64,000 nucleotides of DNA, from the NCBI RefSeq assembly GCF_003704095.1, contig NW_020846005.1:124001-188000 (forward strand), given 5' to 3'. Position 1 is the first letter of the stretch. Each line of letters opens with the position of its first letter. Of the stretch, positions 37,422-50,598 are shown piece after piece. The notes beneath the pieces are model-generated. The model was given only the letters and a program-made list of their open reading frames with translations. It was not told where the DNA came from and did no database searches. The stretch is from Pocillopora damicornis. Taxonomy: Eukaryota. The translations under genes and the position numbers were made by a program.

Positions 37422-40400
37422 TTACAAGATGGTGCATGCGCTGCTCTCATTTCTTCTCTCTGCAGGAGCTCGACCCGTTGTTGCAGGAGCGGAGGCATGA
37501 GGGGCAGTCGTCTGAGTGTTTGAATTCATTTCTCCAATAATGGCCCGCAGTTCGGATATCTGGAAACAAATTATTGAATTAGAGGATGATCATCTGTCAC
37601 GCACGTTGGGCTACGAAATGATTGTCTCGAGAGGAAGCAGTCCCTGGCCAGCTCCGATTTCGCGGTCAAATTCTCCACTAACTCCTGAGCTTCAAGGACA
37701 TTGGTACGTCAGACCATATGCCAGGTTCACATTTGAAAAGCGTCCTGTATACTGTTAGGATTAGCAATATCGACAGCGTCCAGGATCGAACTTTAGCCTT
37801 CTTGGAAACTGACAATTATGATGGACTGTTACACTTTAAGGGGTGGGGAGGGGGGTAATTGTCATTGACCAACAGCACGGTGGTACATTTTTCAAATTTA
37901 AGGGTGCACATGGCGTTTTTTTAGAGATGGGCAAGGGTTTTCCATGTTTTTCTTCAAAAATTGTCCAATCACTCGGACACAAAAGCTCACCCCTACAGGG
38001 AATAAATAAAGCCATGTGAGAGTGAACTGTAACACACTACTTTTAAATGTTTTCATCGTCAACATAGACAGTGCACATACCGGTACATCACTTTTGCCTT
38101 CGGACTGTTTCTTGTCACAGAGCTGGCGAAGATGATTCTGAAAGACAACAGAACTGAAGTTATAATTGTTCAGGGAGCATTATCGCAGTTCGTCTAAAAG
38201 ATCAACACGTTCCCGTAAGCAGATAACGCGGGTTAACAACCTGCGTGAGGAAATGAGTGCAATACTCTACACTAAAAATAATACTACCATCGACTTTGAA
38301 ATTTGAGGAACTTTTCCTGGTTTACAAGAATTTCCTTAGAATCTCTCCCGTGCTAACTAAGACGGTTTTTGTGAAGTACTGTTATTTTTTTTGTGTGGAT
38401 AACATACATTGTTTTGGATAGGGAAACAATTTAACATGGGGAATTTACTTGAACAGGGTTGGTTTCTAGAAGTGTCCTAAAGATTTTTGTTAAGGGCTGT
38501 TGCCAAAGATTAGTCTGCGATTGCAGGTATTGTTATTGCACCAACGACTGGAAACCTATCAAATTCACCAGTTGGAAGAGAAAACGGAAAGCTCTCTCTC
38601 CGAGAAAAAAATTTAGGCAATCGCTCGGGATGGTGTTACTTTACGATACACTGAAAAATAAGTCATCAACCTACCATTTTGTCTTGGAGTCGTTTGTTCT
38701 GCTTCTTTAATGTTGCATTGTCTGCCATTCCTTTTACTACAGCAGGAGTGAGAGACACCTACAGAACAGTGTTTCACAGAATGAATCAATTTTGCAGTCA
38801 ACATACTTCACAGGAAATAATTCCTGTTTAAGTCTGTTGTGAAATCAGCCTGAAAAACTTAAGGTAGTATTGAGTTCGTGCTCACGTTTTTCTTTAGTGT
38901 TTCTGCTCTCATAATTGCTTTGGTATCTTTTCCTTTCTTGGCAGTTTTGTTGACCGGTTTCTTGTCGACCACTTGCTTTCCCCAGAGCTGTATAATGACC
39001 TCCTTGTTTTTCAGAAACTGGATTAACTGAAAAGGAATAACGAGAAGTGATGTGACTATTTTAATCTCACTTTCCCTACTAAAGAAATCAATGTGACCAA
39101 TAAAAAGGGCTTGAGTGGTACAGTAAGAATAACAGGTAAGGAGTTACACTGCGCGCGCTACGAGCGCTGCGAGCTCCGCTACTACTTTCTCAGATTTCCG
39201 TCATCGGAAAATTATGCTTACATGAATATCAGACTGTCATTCTACTCCGAATATAGTGCACCATTTTGGCTAACCAGTCCCAGGAGTTTCGAAATGACAG
39301 CAATCTTCTGCAACCGCATTACATCATGGCATCCCTTACCCAAGTAATTTTAACTTCTCCGTCTATGGTAAGGATGACACCTTTGTGTGTGAGCATGTAG
39401 ACGAAAGCTACTTTCTGTATTTCTTGTGGTACAGTTTATTATGCTGTACAAGGTGGCTCTAACTTTAAAGTCAGTTCATGAAACCCTAAAATGAACGGTA
39501 CAGAGAAGCACTTTCAAATGGTACATTGTACCTATAAAACTGTTTGGTTCTCGAGTTTCAAAAGTGGAATTGAAAGAGGAAGCATTCAGTTTGAAGCTCC
39601 TAAAACTTTGAGTTACCTTCGGTGGAACTCTCTCAAAACTGAAAGTTCTTTCGTAGTTAAATTCGGGATTCCTTGTTCCAGATTTTACTTCCGTCTTAAG
39701 ATCCGCTTCAAGGTACATGGAATATTTACAGTACACGTCCTGTTTTGAGAAAAAGAGACCAGTCTTGATATCGTTAAAAGGCAGCAGTCATGTATAAAAA
39801 GTGGTGAAATACAAAAACACCGAAGTGTTATTAATCGTCTCACGATGAAGTAACTTCTGATGTGGTTCACGATGTTTCGACTACATTCTACTTGCATTCT
39901 TCAACCGGTGAGGTCCAGTAGTTATGGGTCACATTTTAAGGAATTTTCCCTTTTTCCCCGCGAAGTTTTTAAACTTTTAATTACCAGTTCCCATTAAATC
40001 TCTCTGATGTCACCCTTTGTCTAATCTAAGCAGTAAAAACGGAAATCAATACTTAGATCTTACCGTGTAGCGCTTTGGAATTCCCTTTGCACTCTGCACT
40101 CGCACCACAAACACAAGCTTTTTACCTTCCTGTAGAAGAGAAACACGTACTGTCACATTTCAAATTTCCTCAGCTGTTCACCCCAGGAGCTTAACGTCAA
40201 ATCTTTTGAGAATCCTCTTTTCTTGCATGAGTTATCAATTCCTTACAACGGCCGTTTTTATGCTCTCGAGACGACTTTAACGTCTTAGACAACTTTAACG
40301 CTATCGATGACTGAAGATCGGTGGGTGAGAAAAACAGACAAGACTAAGTAATGCACCACGGCGGAAGAAAGATGGTTAAGAGTTAAGAATTTAGAATGAT

Positions 40401-43400
40401 TTACCAGTTGACTAGGATCGTCAATAAAGATGTCATCTTCTTCTGTGATTTCTTTTCCATTTTCGTTTAAAGGAACGACTTCTACCTACGGGAAAAGACA
40501 CAGATATGCCAAGTTCAAAGTTGCTGAAGAGGCCATAGACGCCATGTTGAAGGCAAAAGGATCGGGTTGGAATGAAAAAGAAAGCGGGACAGTACTTACA
40601 TTAAGATAGCCCAGTTCTTTTCCTTTATAATCAGTGATACTCAGCTGTTCTCTCATATCAAGCTGAAAGGGAAACAAGAAGAAATCAAGACATGTTTGCC
40701 TTAAAACGAAAAATCAGACGTTTGGAAAACATGAGAAGCTTCTGAAAACGAATTGAGGCAATGTTTAATAATGATTTAAGTAACTTGAGTGACAAGTGCA
40801 CGGCATTCAGTAATCTAAAAGACGGTATAAAAATCTTCTCGGTCCGGCCATGTCCTCGTCTATCGTCAATCGGTCACTTTATCAACTTTGATGCGATTCA
40901 ATCAAGTTGTAACGAAATTAAATGGAAGGGTGAAAATAAGAAGCAAGGCAGGAGACTCCGAGGTTTTTTTTTTTATTTAGGCTTTACGGCTACAGAAAAA
41001 TAAAAACGTCTTATAGGAAAAAAGCAACCGAACAAACGACACTCATCTAGCTATTATTGAACTAAAATTTTCGAGACAATAATAAGCTAAAAGGAACCAG
41101 GATAATTAAAAATAAGGGAAAATAACACAGATCATTACAGCAAACAATTATGGCATGCTTACCACATATCCCAGACTCTGCATAGGAACAGCCACACAGC
41201 CAATCAGACTCTCGACATCCGGGCTTTCAGTAAAAGGATCTTTCTCGTCTTCGAGTTGCCAATCATCGCCGTCTTCGAAATTTTCGTACATTTCGTCCAT
41301 GACGTATTTCCTGTTGATAAACTTGGCTTTTGGCCAGAGGTATTCGACGCCAGTTTGTAAGTCCCGCATGACTACGTATGGCTAGCACGCAAAAAAAAGA
41401 TAAAACATCATGCATTGCGAATTCCTTGTTGCATAATGTTAGAATTCAAGATGAGTTTATCGTGTGAAGCGGACAACATAAACGGTGTCACGCTGTTATA
41501 CACAAATTGACAAAATAACACAAAGAGAATGTACCTCGGGTCTTCCTTCGGGGAGTCCGCGAGCCTTGGCAGAGACAACGGAGACTTCAAACGAAACCTG
41601 GAAAATAAGGGAAAGAGATCAGACTCATGACGATTTCTTAGAGGCTCCTTTGGACAAATGTAGCCACACAGTATTACATGCATTGTAAGATACAAAATGG
41701 AGATTCTTTTTTAGTACCTTCTTATCCAACTCTTGACTGATGGCATTTGCTTCATTTACCATCGGCATCAGATCTGCCAGATCTTCTCGTAACAACATTG
41801 CTTCTGAATATATGAAGGCAACAGGGAGTGAATTTCTAAAGCTGGAAATGTTTCCTTCGATTTACGATGAACAGCCAACTAATTGGCTGATGAACGACTG
41901 ACTGACTGACTAACAGCCGACCGACTAACTGACTGACCGAGTAACTTACAAACCAGCTGACCACCCAACCGACTGACTGGTTGACTGACCGACTCACTGA
42001 CTGATCAACTGACATTACATTTCACTGTCAAATGGACTGACTGATTCATCCACCGAAATCAACAGCTACTCAACTCAACATCTTCTTCACCTTTTGACTC
42101 CTGATCATCCACGTCAAGTCCGGCGTTCTTGGCGATTTCCTCCTGCGCCATTTCATATGTTATGTCCGCCTGCTTCAAAGAAGACGACTGCGCCTCAGCA
42201 GGATGATGAAAGACATAAAGGTGACTTGTGCCAAACATAACTCTACAGACACACCCAAAAAAACACATGTAAGACGCAGGGAAATTAAAGTCAGAGTCAG
42301 GTTCCGTTGTCAAATTATTCCATGCCCGTCTCACACCTAATAGCTCCGGCATCACCTGCGTGTAAGGGCGTGCGAGATTGAGCTCTCTCGGGTGCTCTTA
42401 ATACTGGAAGGATTGTGACTATTTTGAACTATCGTCTTCATTATCTAGCACTGAACACTCCACTACATTTTATGAACAGTTCCCACCGGTGCACACCTAC
42501 CCTTCCCCTAACCTAAAATTAACAATGACTTGTTATCAGTTGTTAGGGGAGTTAGGTTGGTTAGAGGTTTATGGGAAGGGTGGGTGCGCAGTTGCTCAGA
42601 TACTGACATTGATCCTTGCTGCTCGTATTACGATCGTAAATTCTGCAAACATATCCCATCATTCTAGCGGGTGGTTACCTGTCCAGATGGTGAAGTTCTT
42701 CTTCTTCGTCATCATCAACCGGTTCTCCATTGACGAGGACTTTAGCTTCGCCAAAGGTTTTGATGGTGATCTTTTTAGAACCTTCATTTTTAATTTCACA
42801 GTGTTGCTTCAGGATGCTAAACAAATGGAAACAACCAAGACGGATATGGAAATAGGTAAAAATTAGGTAATTACATGATGAAAAATATTTATCGTAATTC
42901 GATGTCAATTACGAGTAGTCCTCCAGAAAAAGAAGGTACAAAAGATGTTGAAGATTTCTCCTCCCTGGGGATTTGAACCCCGCCCTACTGCAGTTTCTAG
43001 AACGAATCTCATGCTAATAAAACCGGAGTATTGAGAACTCGTGGAGGAGGAAAATGGACGGCTCGGTTGTCGAGTAAAGAAAGCTGATATCCGACAATGT
43101 TCAAAAGACAACTTACTTTAATCCATGAAGAACAATGTCTGCTGGCGGATCACCCTTTTTGTTGCCGACTTTTACGACTCCTAGCATTTGAAAAGTAAAA
43201 CAAATTGAGATCACAAAAAGCAGAAAAGTGCCATAACCTTTATTCAAGATGATATAGCATACCTGATTTAACCATGTGCACAATCATTCCCGTCAGCTGG
43301 GGATCTGGGTTCAAGTTCCACAGATGAGGAGTTGACTGACGTTCTTTCTTTTCAGCTTCTTTATCCTGATGGAAAACAGGTGAAACGCACAGGAAACACG

Positions 43401-46400
43401 TCAGAAATAAACAAAAATTATCAATGTGCAGAACGAAAAAACAAATACGCAAATGTACTACTATTGAGAGGTATCATGCTCATAGAGTACTCTTCACGAT
43501 TAATATTGTTGTCAAACCAAAACTAAGTGGTGAACTAAACCGCGAGTCAGAAAAACGAAAAATTCAGAAAGAGCTAAATAAGACCACAAAGAAAACAAGC
43601 AAGCTTTCCCAAGAGTATGTGCGGGAAAACGCGTCGGGTACTCGCGTTTGGTTTTTTAACTATGCATCTGATTGGTTGAAGAGGTGGCTATTACAAAGTT
43701 TGTCAAAGTGAAATGGCTACTATCCTAGAACAGCGAAATGAAATCACGCCCGTTGATGCCCGTTGAGTTCCTATTAACTGTTGTACAGCAATACCTTTAG
43801 TTTGGTTTCACAACTCTGGTCAAAAAATGTTCTCTGTGTAACCACCAAGAAGGTAATCGCGGTGTCAAGAAGCCTGCTGGCATTTACGCAACAAAATTGT
43901 GGCCACAATGATTCGAATTAAACACTATTTGAATAATCTAATACAAAACAGTTAATGTTCCACCTTGATATCCTTTTTATTTTCAGCAACTCTATCATCC
44001 CAACTCTTATTCATGTCCTGTGTTTCCTGCTCTGTTTGTGCCATAGATGCTTTTATCTCCTCTTCAATCTGTTTCCTGAGTTCGGCCATTTCCTCTTCAG
44101 ACAATCCTTCCTTCTCGCCGTCATCATCGTCATCGTCGGCTGATATCTTCACAGATTCGCCTGCTTGAGCTTTCTTTAACATTTCCATGAGTTTGTCATT
44201 TTCTTCTTTCAACTCCCTGATCAGTTTCTCTGTAGGATCCTCGTTGACTTTCGCTGATGTTTTGATCTGTTTAGCACGGTCAGCTGTCATAGAATTATGA
44301 AGTTGAATTTTGATATGTTCTACTGTTATGATCTATCAGAACACTCGTACACAATTAACGTTATAGAAATTTTGTTTCCACCGTTTTGCGTAACTTTAAA
44401 AATGATCACAAAATTATTGTGATCATAGGAAGAGAAAACTTAATTTTTCTCCAAGATTCTAAACAATGGCTAAAAAAGAGTCTTAGACTGGTGTCTTGAA
44501 ATAAGTTCTTTGAAAAAAGCCTAAGCCGATCATCTTTTTTTTTTTTTTTGCACGATTTTGCGCTCATAAATTAGTTTAAGTAAGTAAGTAAGAACACTCT
44601 TTATTTAAAGAGGGCAGCACTTTATAGCCAAAAGGCTAATAACCTTGAAGTCTATAAAATCTTTCAATAAGAAAGACATAAGAAGACAGCATAAAACTCA
44701 CCATATCTTAAGGTTGAGAGAGTTTCATCATAGTTTATGTCCGCAGGACTGATGGCAGCAATCTGGTTTGATGAGATGTAAAATTAATTTTTTAATTAGG
44801 ACCTTTAGTCCTTTACACCCTAACATCAGTATGCATATTCTCCACACTGTTCTCTATACATTTCCAAAGAGGCTTACATGGAGAATTTGTTTAACAATCA
44901 AGAGGTGCTTGTTGGTGATCTTCTCCTCTATTCTCATGACTTTTGTGTTTGATTCAGGGGTGATATAGTAAGGAGNNNNNNNNNNNNNNNNNNNNNNNNN
45001 NNNNNNNNNNNNNNNNNNNNNNNNNNNNNNNNNNNNNNNNNNNNNNNNNNNNNNNNNNNNNNNNNNNNNNNNNNNTCATGTTTGTGGCTGCTACAGTCCT
45101 GTTTGTTGTTCCTTCCTCCATGCGCATTTCAATATCTTTGTATTCACTAACAGGCACAGTCTTAAGTCCGTCAGCATAGAACCCTTTTGAAGGATGTTGG
45201 CGCACCCGCAAGCCACCCTTATTGGTGGAAGGGTTCAAAAGGTCACGCACCTTCTCATTGTAGATTTCAAGCATACTGAAAAACACCTGCAATTGAACAT
45301 CAATTGTGAGCAATATTTTACTCCTGAAGAGTTTGTTGATCTCTTAAATCTTTTGTATACATCATGTCAGAAGTCTCTGAAATCAGTTATGGTATGGCAT
45401 CCATCCAGGCATGCTCTTGCATTATATTACAGGTTTTTATTGACAAATAAATCCTGCTGTTGGCATTTCCAAGGACAACACTTATGTGTCCTGCAGAAAA
45501 GTCAGCTCAGCAGCGTCATACAAATAAGTACATAAATACATAAGTGGCAGCCTGATTGATGTCAAAGTGGCATTTGGTGGTCTCAGCACTACAACAGGTG
45601 CAGCAAAACTGGTTTCTTAAAATGGTGGTTGCTTAATTTCCTTTAAAATTCAGATAAACCACAAATTTGTGTAATATCTTTAGCCAAAATTCTAAGAAAT
45701 TAAACAGTACCTCAAATTGTGCCTCATCTCCTCCTTGCTTTTTCTCATCAATTCCTTTGAAAATTTCTTCACAAAAGATTGGTACAATGCCTGTAATCAA
45801 ATGTAGAATAATTGTTTTGGAATTAATTACTTCCCATACAGGGGCAATATTCTCCTTACTAAAGAGATGTGACTACTAGACTTGACAAGCAACCATTGTT
45901 CAGGATTCTACCTTTAAAGGACCTGTAAATAAGACAAATTGAATGTAATGAACTGGGAAAACAGTAGAAATCAAAACTAGGTGAATAAAAGTGAGATGCT
46001 GCAAATGTTAAGTCAATAACACCAAAAAAATAATAATAATAAAAAAACAAAGCAAAAGAAAGAGAGAATGGACTGATGTTACCTTTGTTTGTACCATATC
46101 CAACAATTGACCAAGATTTCCCTGAACCAGTCTGTCCATAGGCAAAGAGTGACGTGTTGAATCCTTCCCAAGCATTTGTCAAAACTCCTTTACCAAGATC
46201 ATTATACACTTTCATCTATAAAATCAATAGACAATCTCTTAGTCAAATGTGGCACAAAAGGTCTGAATCTTATTTGAAGCCTTTTTTTTCCCCTAACTTT
46301 GTCAATCTCCCCTCCTCTATAACAATTTTTTTTTACAAATTCTGTGGCTGTCTGTGATTGTGTGATTGTGTTTAGAGTTTTGTGTGAGGAAAAAAAGGAT

Positions 46401-47850
46401 CAGACTTTGAGTGATGCTTTTTCTACAAAGAGTAGCTGAAATGAAGATCCACATCAATAGCACACCAAGACATCAAATACTGAATTAAAGGGAAAAATCC
46501 TTTTAAAAAAGGGGTGTGGTCACAAGACCCCCTGCCATAAGTCTGTCCTTGCACTGCAAGGAAATGTCATAGTGAAAGAAGCCGTGTGACAGGCATATGC
46601 ATGGGGTCAGGGGAGCTGACACTCCCATAACTTGAGGAATGATTCTGATTTCCACAGGTCATGATTTCCCAGCCTATATACTGGTGAGAAAGGAGCAGCC
46701 GGCCTCCATCCTTGATAGAATCACCCCATCAGTCTTCTCATAAGATCACACTTCTGACAAAATAATTGTTTTCTGTAGTACCTGATCAGCATATTTTGGA
46801 TTGGTAGCTCCCAGGTAGCCGTTTGGTTTTTCTTCGAATCCGTCATGAGACCAATAACTGTAGTCGAACGTGAATTTTTTGGGTTCTTCACCAGGCTCTT
46901 CTGGATTTGTTAAGTACGTTGTTTGACCTTTCATTTCAACTATCAAAGTTGCATTTCGGGCCTTTTCACGTTTATTGTGTGAAGTGTTAAGGAAATCGCT
47001 AGCTCCAGCTTGAGGAAAGCTGTTAGATTGCTCATTTGTTGCTTATCACTGGCAGACTGTAGAGAAAAGTGCAGAGTTTAACGGAGTTACAATGGTCTCC
47101 TTCGAGTGGATTACGAACCCTGAGCGGCCAGCCTAGTAACTTTAAAATAAATCTCCGATCCTTTATTTAAACTTTAACTGGGTTGCGATATAAACACTAC
47201 AATCAAGAGGAATGGAAGTGTAGTGCCTCTGATATTTCCTCTTCTCTCGTTCAGTTGCAAATCTATTGTAGTTCATTATGACCTTGGTTCAGATTTCTCA
47301 ACAGCGTCACACAATCCAAGATACTTGGTAAAACGTTGTACCTTGCTTTACCAGCTGTTTTTTAACGCTGGTCGTATTGTGCTTCAAACTTCACTTCACT
47401 GTGACTTTTGTTAATAAGAAGTAGTCTAAATGAAAATCGTTTAGAAAGTTTTGGTGAACAGCAAACCGTCAGAGACGGTAGATCAATATTATTCATGCCC
47501 TACTGTTGCGTACACAAAAAAAAAACAAGTGTGACGATTGTGCAAACATCTAGACATGAAAGTTAGAACGTAATGAAATAAGATGATAATACCGTTCTTA
47601 GTGGGCGAGGAAAAATTGATGTGGACTGCCATATAAAAAATTATACGGCCAATATAATAATCTAATATGGGATGTCAAACTATTCGAAAGGATAAACTAA
47701 CAGCTACGTTGACACGTCCTACAACCAGATACACACAAACTTTGTCGCACTGGCTGCATTAGGACTAGCTGGATTATATCGTCGTTAAAAGGATATAAAA
47801 GGCCTCACTCTAACGGCCACCTTGACGTTTTCTGCTTCTCCGTCCGACAT
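37422..47850 (-). CDS. KIF28: Kinesin-3 family KIF28/KLP-6-like motor (motor, coiled coil, FHA-like region, C2-like region, C-terminal CaaX). Part of the motor domain is hidden in gap 44976-45075
   Basis: MSDGEAENVKVAVRVRPF|NKRE, FTFDYSYWSHDGF, P-loop FAYGQTGSGKSWS, SMLEIYNEKVRDLL, IAAISPADINYDETLSTLRY|ADRAKQI, PHLWNLNPDPQL, DR|VMFGTSHLYVF, VNEANAISQELDK. Final phase-0 exons 39026-38886, 38758-38675, 38137-38081 and 37559-37422 end ESSACTIL-TAA. Confidence 0.9.
41895..42048. repeat. Degenerate (ACTG)n microsatellite
   Basis: gactgactgactgactaac...actgaccga runs. Confidence 0.8.
44806..44975. mobile_element. TTAA MITE subfamily B, truncated by assembly gap
   Basis: cctttacaccctaacatcagtatgcatattctcc... 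runs into the N run. Confidence 0.72.
44976..45075. other. 100-N assembly gap hiding part of the kinesin motor domain
   Basis: Coding sequence stops at RTVAATNM and resumes at IAAISPA. Switch I (SSRxH), switch II (DLAGSE) and the PYRxS segment are missing. Confidence 0.9.
46977..47796 (-). other. U12-type AT-AC intron (intron 1 of the kinesin)
   Basis: 5' end ATATCCTTTT, branch TTCCTTAAC (46994-46986), 3' end ...CACAC. Removing it restores the conserved VRVRPF-N-x-RE motif. Confidence 0.95.
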
Positions 47851-50146
47851 TTCTGCTATAACAACCAAGCGTCACGTCTCTATGTCAAATGAAGAATCAA
47901 AACTACTGATGTCTTTCCACGAAGCAAATCGATCAGATGTAACTTGTCGAGTAGATAGTTAAAAAAGTCTGGAAATTTTCCTCGAAGTAAACAAGGTACG
48001 AAGTTGATTTTGGGTAATTTTGTGCGTCATAAATGGATAGCAATCAATGTTCTTGATGAATAGTGCTCTGTTGCCATGTTGATCGGCCAAATGTAAACTT
48101 TACTGTAATAATTTATGAAAAAATATGCAAATAAGGTTTCCTTTCAATAAAATAAGCTCTACGGATTTGTTATGACAAAATCAAAATAGCAACCAATTTT
48201 CCTGTGGTTTTAAATATAAAGGAATAATTCTTTTGCGTAGAATGTGTAGAACAAAACGTTACGGGGCCACCAATGTCGAATCAGTCATGGTACAACAATA
48301 TATTAAGTTCACGGATTTTCACAGTACACAATTCATTTATTTTTATTTATTTAATTTCCCTAGTGATGGCAAAAAACAATCGTTAAAAATGTCTCATAGC
48401 AATACTATTCCTCCCTTCAAAACTACTAAAAGGGCATTTCAATGGTAACACATTGTTTCAAAAAACAAATGGCTTGCAGAAAGAGAAGGCTTTACTGATA
48501 ATCAAGACAAAGTTCAGTGCTTACTATAATATGCAGAAAGTTGATGTCAAAATCAATGACAAAAGCAGGGTACCATTGGCTCCTGGGTTTTTTTTAAACA
48601 CAAACCTGAAAGTAGTACTCATAACAATGCAGTTTTTAGATTTTACAAACACAAAGAATGTTAAAAATTATGGAAATAAATTTTTTGTCTGAACAGAATT
48701 TCCAAATTTATAAATAACAATATTTATCAAAAAAACACGCAAATGAGGTTGTGTATTTGGTTTAAATAAGCAATTTGTCTTTTAAAACAATATATTTGAA
48801 AATGATTGTGGCCTAAATTTCTCAGAAAATTGTTTTCCTGGTGAGTTTCAGCCCTACATCAGAGCACAAAACGAAGCTTAAAAGATGCTTGAAACACCAG
48901 CTTTAGAAACTGTTCACAGTGGCTCATTCACATTATCAACTCAGTTGATGAAACTGAACAATCTTGTGATACTCCCCACTGATGCAGCAACATAGTTTAC
49001 CTAGAAACTTAAACCTTTTATCACAGTGTGCAGCATGTTCAAAGAACATGAAGAGAAAATTTAAAACCAATTTTACATTGGTTAAATTTTCAAAGAAGAA
49101 TTTCAGTTTCTAAATTCTTCATATTACACTGCATGAACACCTAATGTAATAAAGCTCATATGGCACATAGAACTAGCATATCACTGTGTTGTTGTGCTTT
49201 TCACAAACAAGTAAACTCTGGCATTGATAGCCTTACTTCTGATCATGTCTTACACTGTTGGTTAACCTGCTAAAACGAAAGAACTAAAAAGAAAAGAAAA
49301 ATAGCAAATTGGCCTGCACCTGTCAACACCATTTCAGGAAACCAAACTTTGCACACACTTAAAAATCATTCTAACTTGATGATCTTACAAAGTCCACTAC
49401 TTGGTCTACAGGAGTCTAATAAATAAAAACGATTTGATGAGAGTAAGTTAAAACCTTCTGGGTTCTACCAAATATTACCTGTAAACTCTAGTTGTTCTTT
49501 TACAGTGGTTAAATTTGTAAAGAATGTCATCCATAGCAACACACAGTGAAGATAAATCAATCCATGCTCTGTCAAGATTCTCCTTTCTGATATTGGGATG
49601 ATCTAAGCAGAAGCCAGTTGAGTAAATTTGTATAACCTGTTTGTTAATATATACTAATGAATTTTCACTACATGCTAATCAGATGAACAATTAAGAAAAG
49701 TTGTGAACATTTATTCAATCAACCAATGCTGCAAAGGGTGGTGATTTTTTGTAGGGTGGTAGTGATGTAAAGTAACAAAAATAAACAAAAAGGAAAGTAT
49801 ATTCAAAAGACCTACACATATACATGCATATCTATTACCTTTTGGCACCACAGAATGTTCATGGCTTGTCCTCAACTAGAATAACACTTGTTTTGTACAG
49901 TCTAGTACATTCCAACATGCGCCTAATATTCTTGTGACCTATTTCACACTTGAGGGATTGATGTGTTCAAATCTGTTCTAAATTGTTCTTCACAATATCA
50001 TTTTGTGACAAACTCATTAGCATATAGTGAACAAGGTATACTGATTCACTCTAGCAGCTTATGAAATTTAACTGCATGACTTCATAAATGATCACTTATT
50101 TAATTGATCAAATTTCAATCATCTAAAAACCTTTTATAAGAGTTAT

Positions 50147-50359
50147 TTAATCCTTCAACTACAAGAAGTGATTAACATTTTTACTTTTCCTTACTATATC
50201 ATTACAGTGTCAAGTAGATAGGTAGCGAGATCTCTTAAACTTAACAGTTTCAGGATATTTGCTTGAATTAGATGTAACACCAAATTCTCATTACTAATTA
50301 ACAAGGAAATGTACAACAACTTGATGGGAGAATTGCAAATCACACATTCGAAGGGTTAA
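50147..50359. mobile_element. TTAA MITE subfamily A, degraded copy
   Basis: aagtgattaacat...accaaattctc...caaggaaatgta...gggagaatt...aagggttaa. Confidence 0.65.
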
Positions 50360-50598
50360 AAATAATATACCTGCGGCAAAATGTGAACGCAAAAGAAAGT
50401 ACCAAACCAGAACTTGCAGAGTTTATGTTATACATGTTGAGTAAGCACATCAGAAGGGGAAACACATTAAACATTCTTATCACAGCCCAGAAGAGAAGAG
50501 TTACATAGAACTCCTTCATTCCAAGGTACTCCAGCTTACATCTACCCCTAAGCATTGATCGAAAGTTTAAGACAAATAAGTTTTGTTGATGTGACTAT

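Noticed and set aside
47797-47808. GT donor AGA|GTGAGG as the true end of kinesin exon 1
   Set aside because: It would remove the conserved VRPF residues. The AT-AC sites have full U12 donor and branch consensus.
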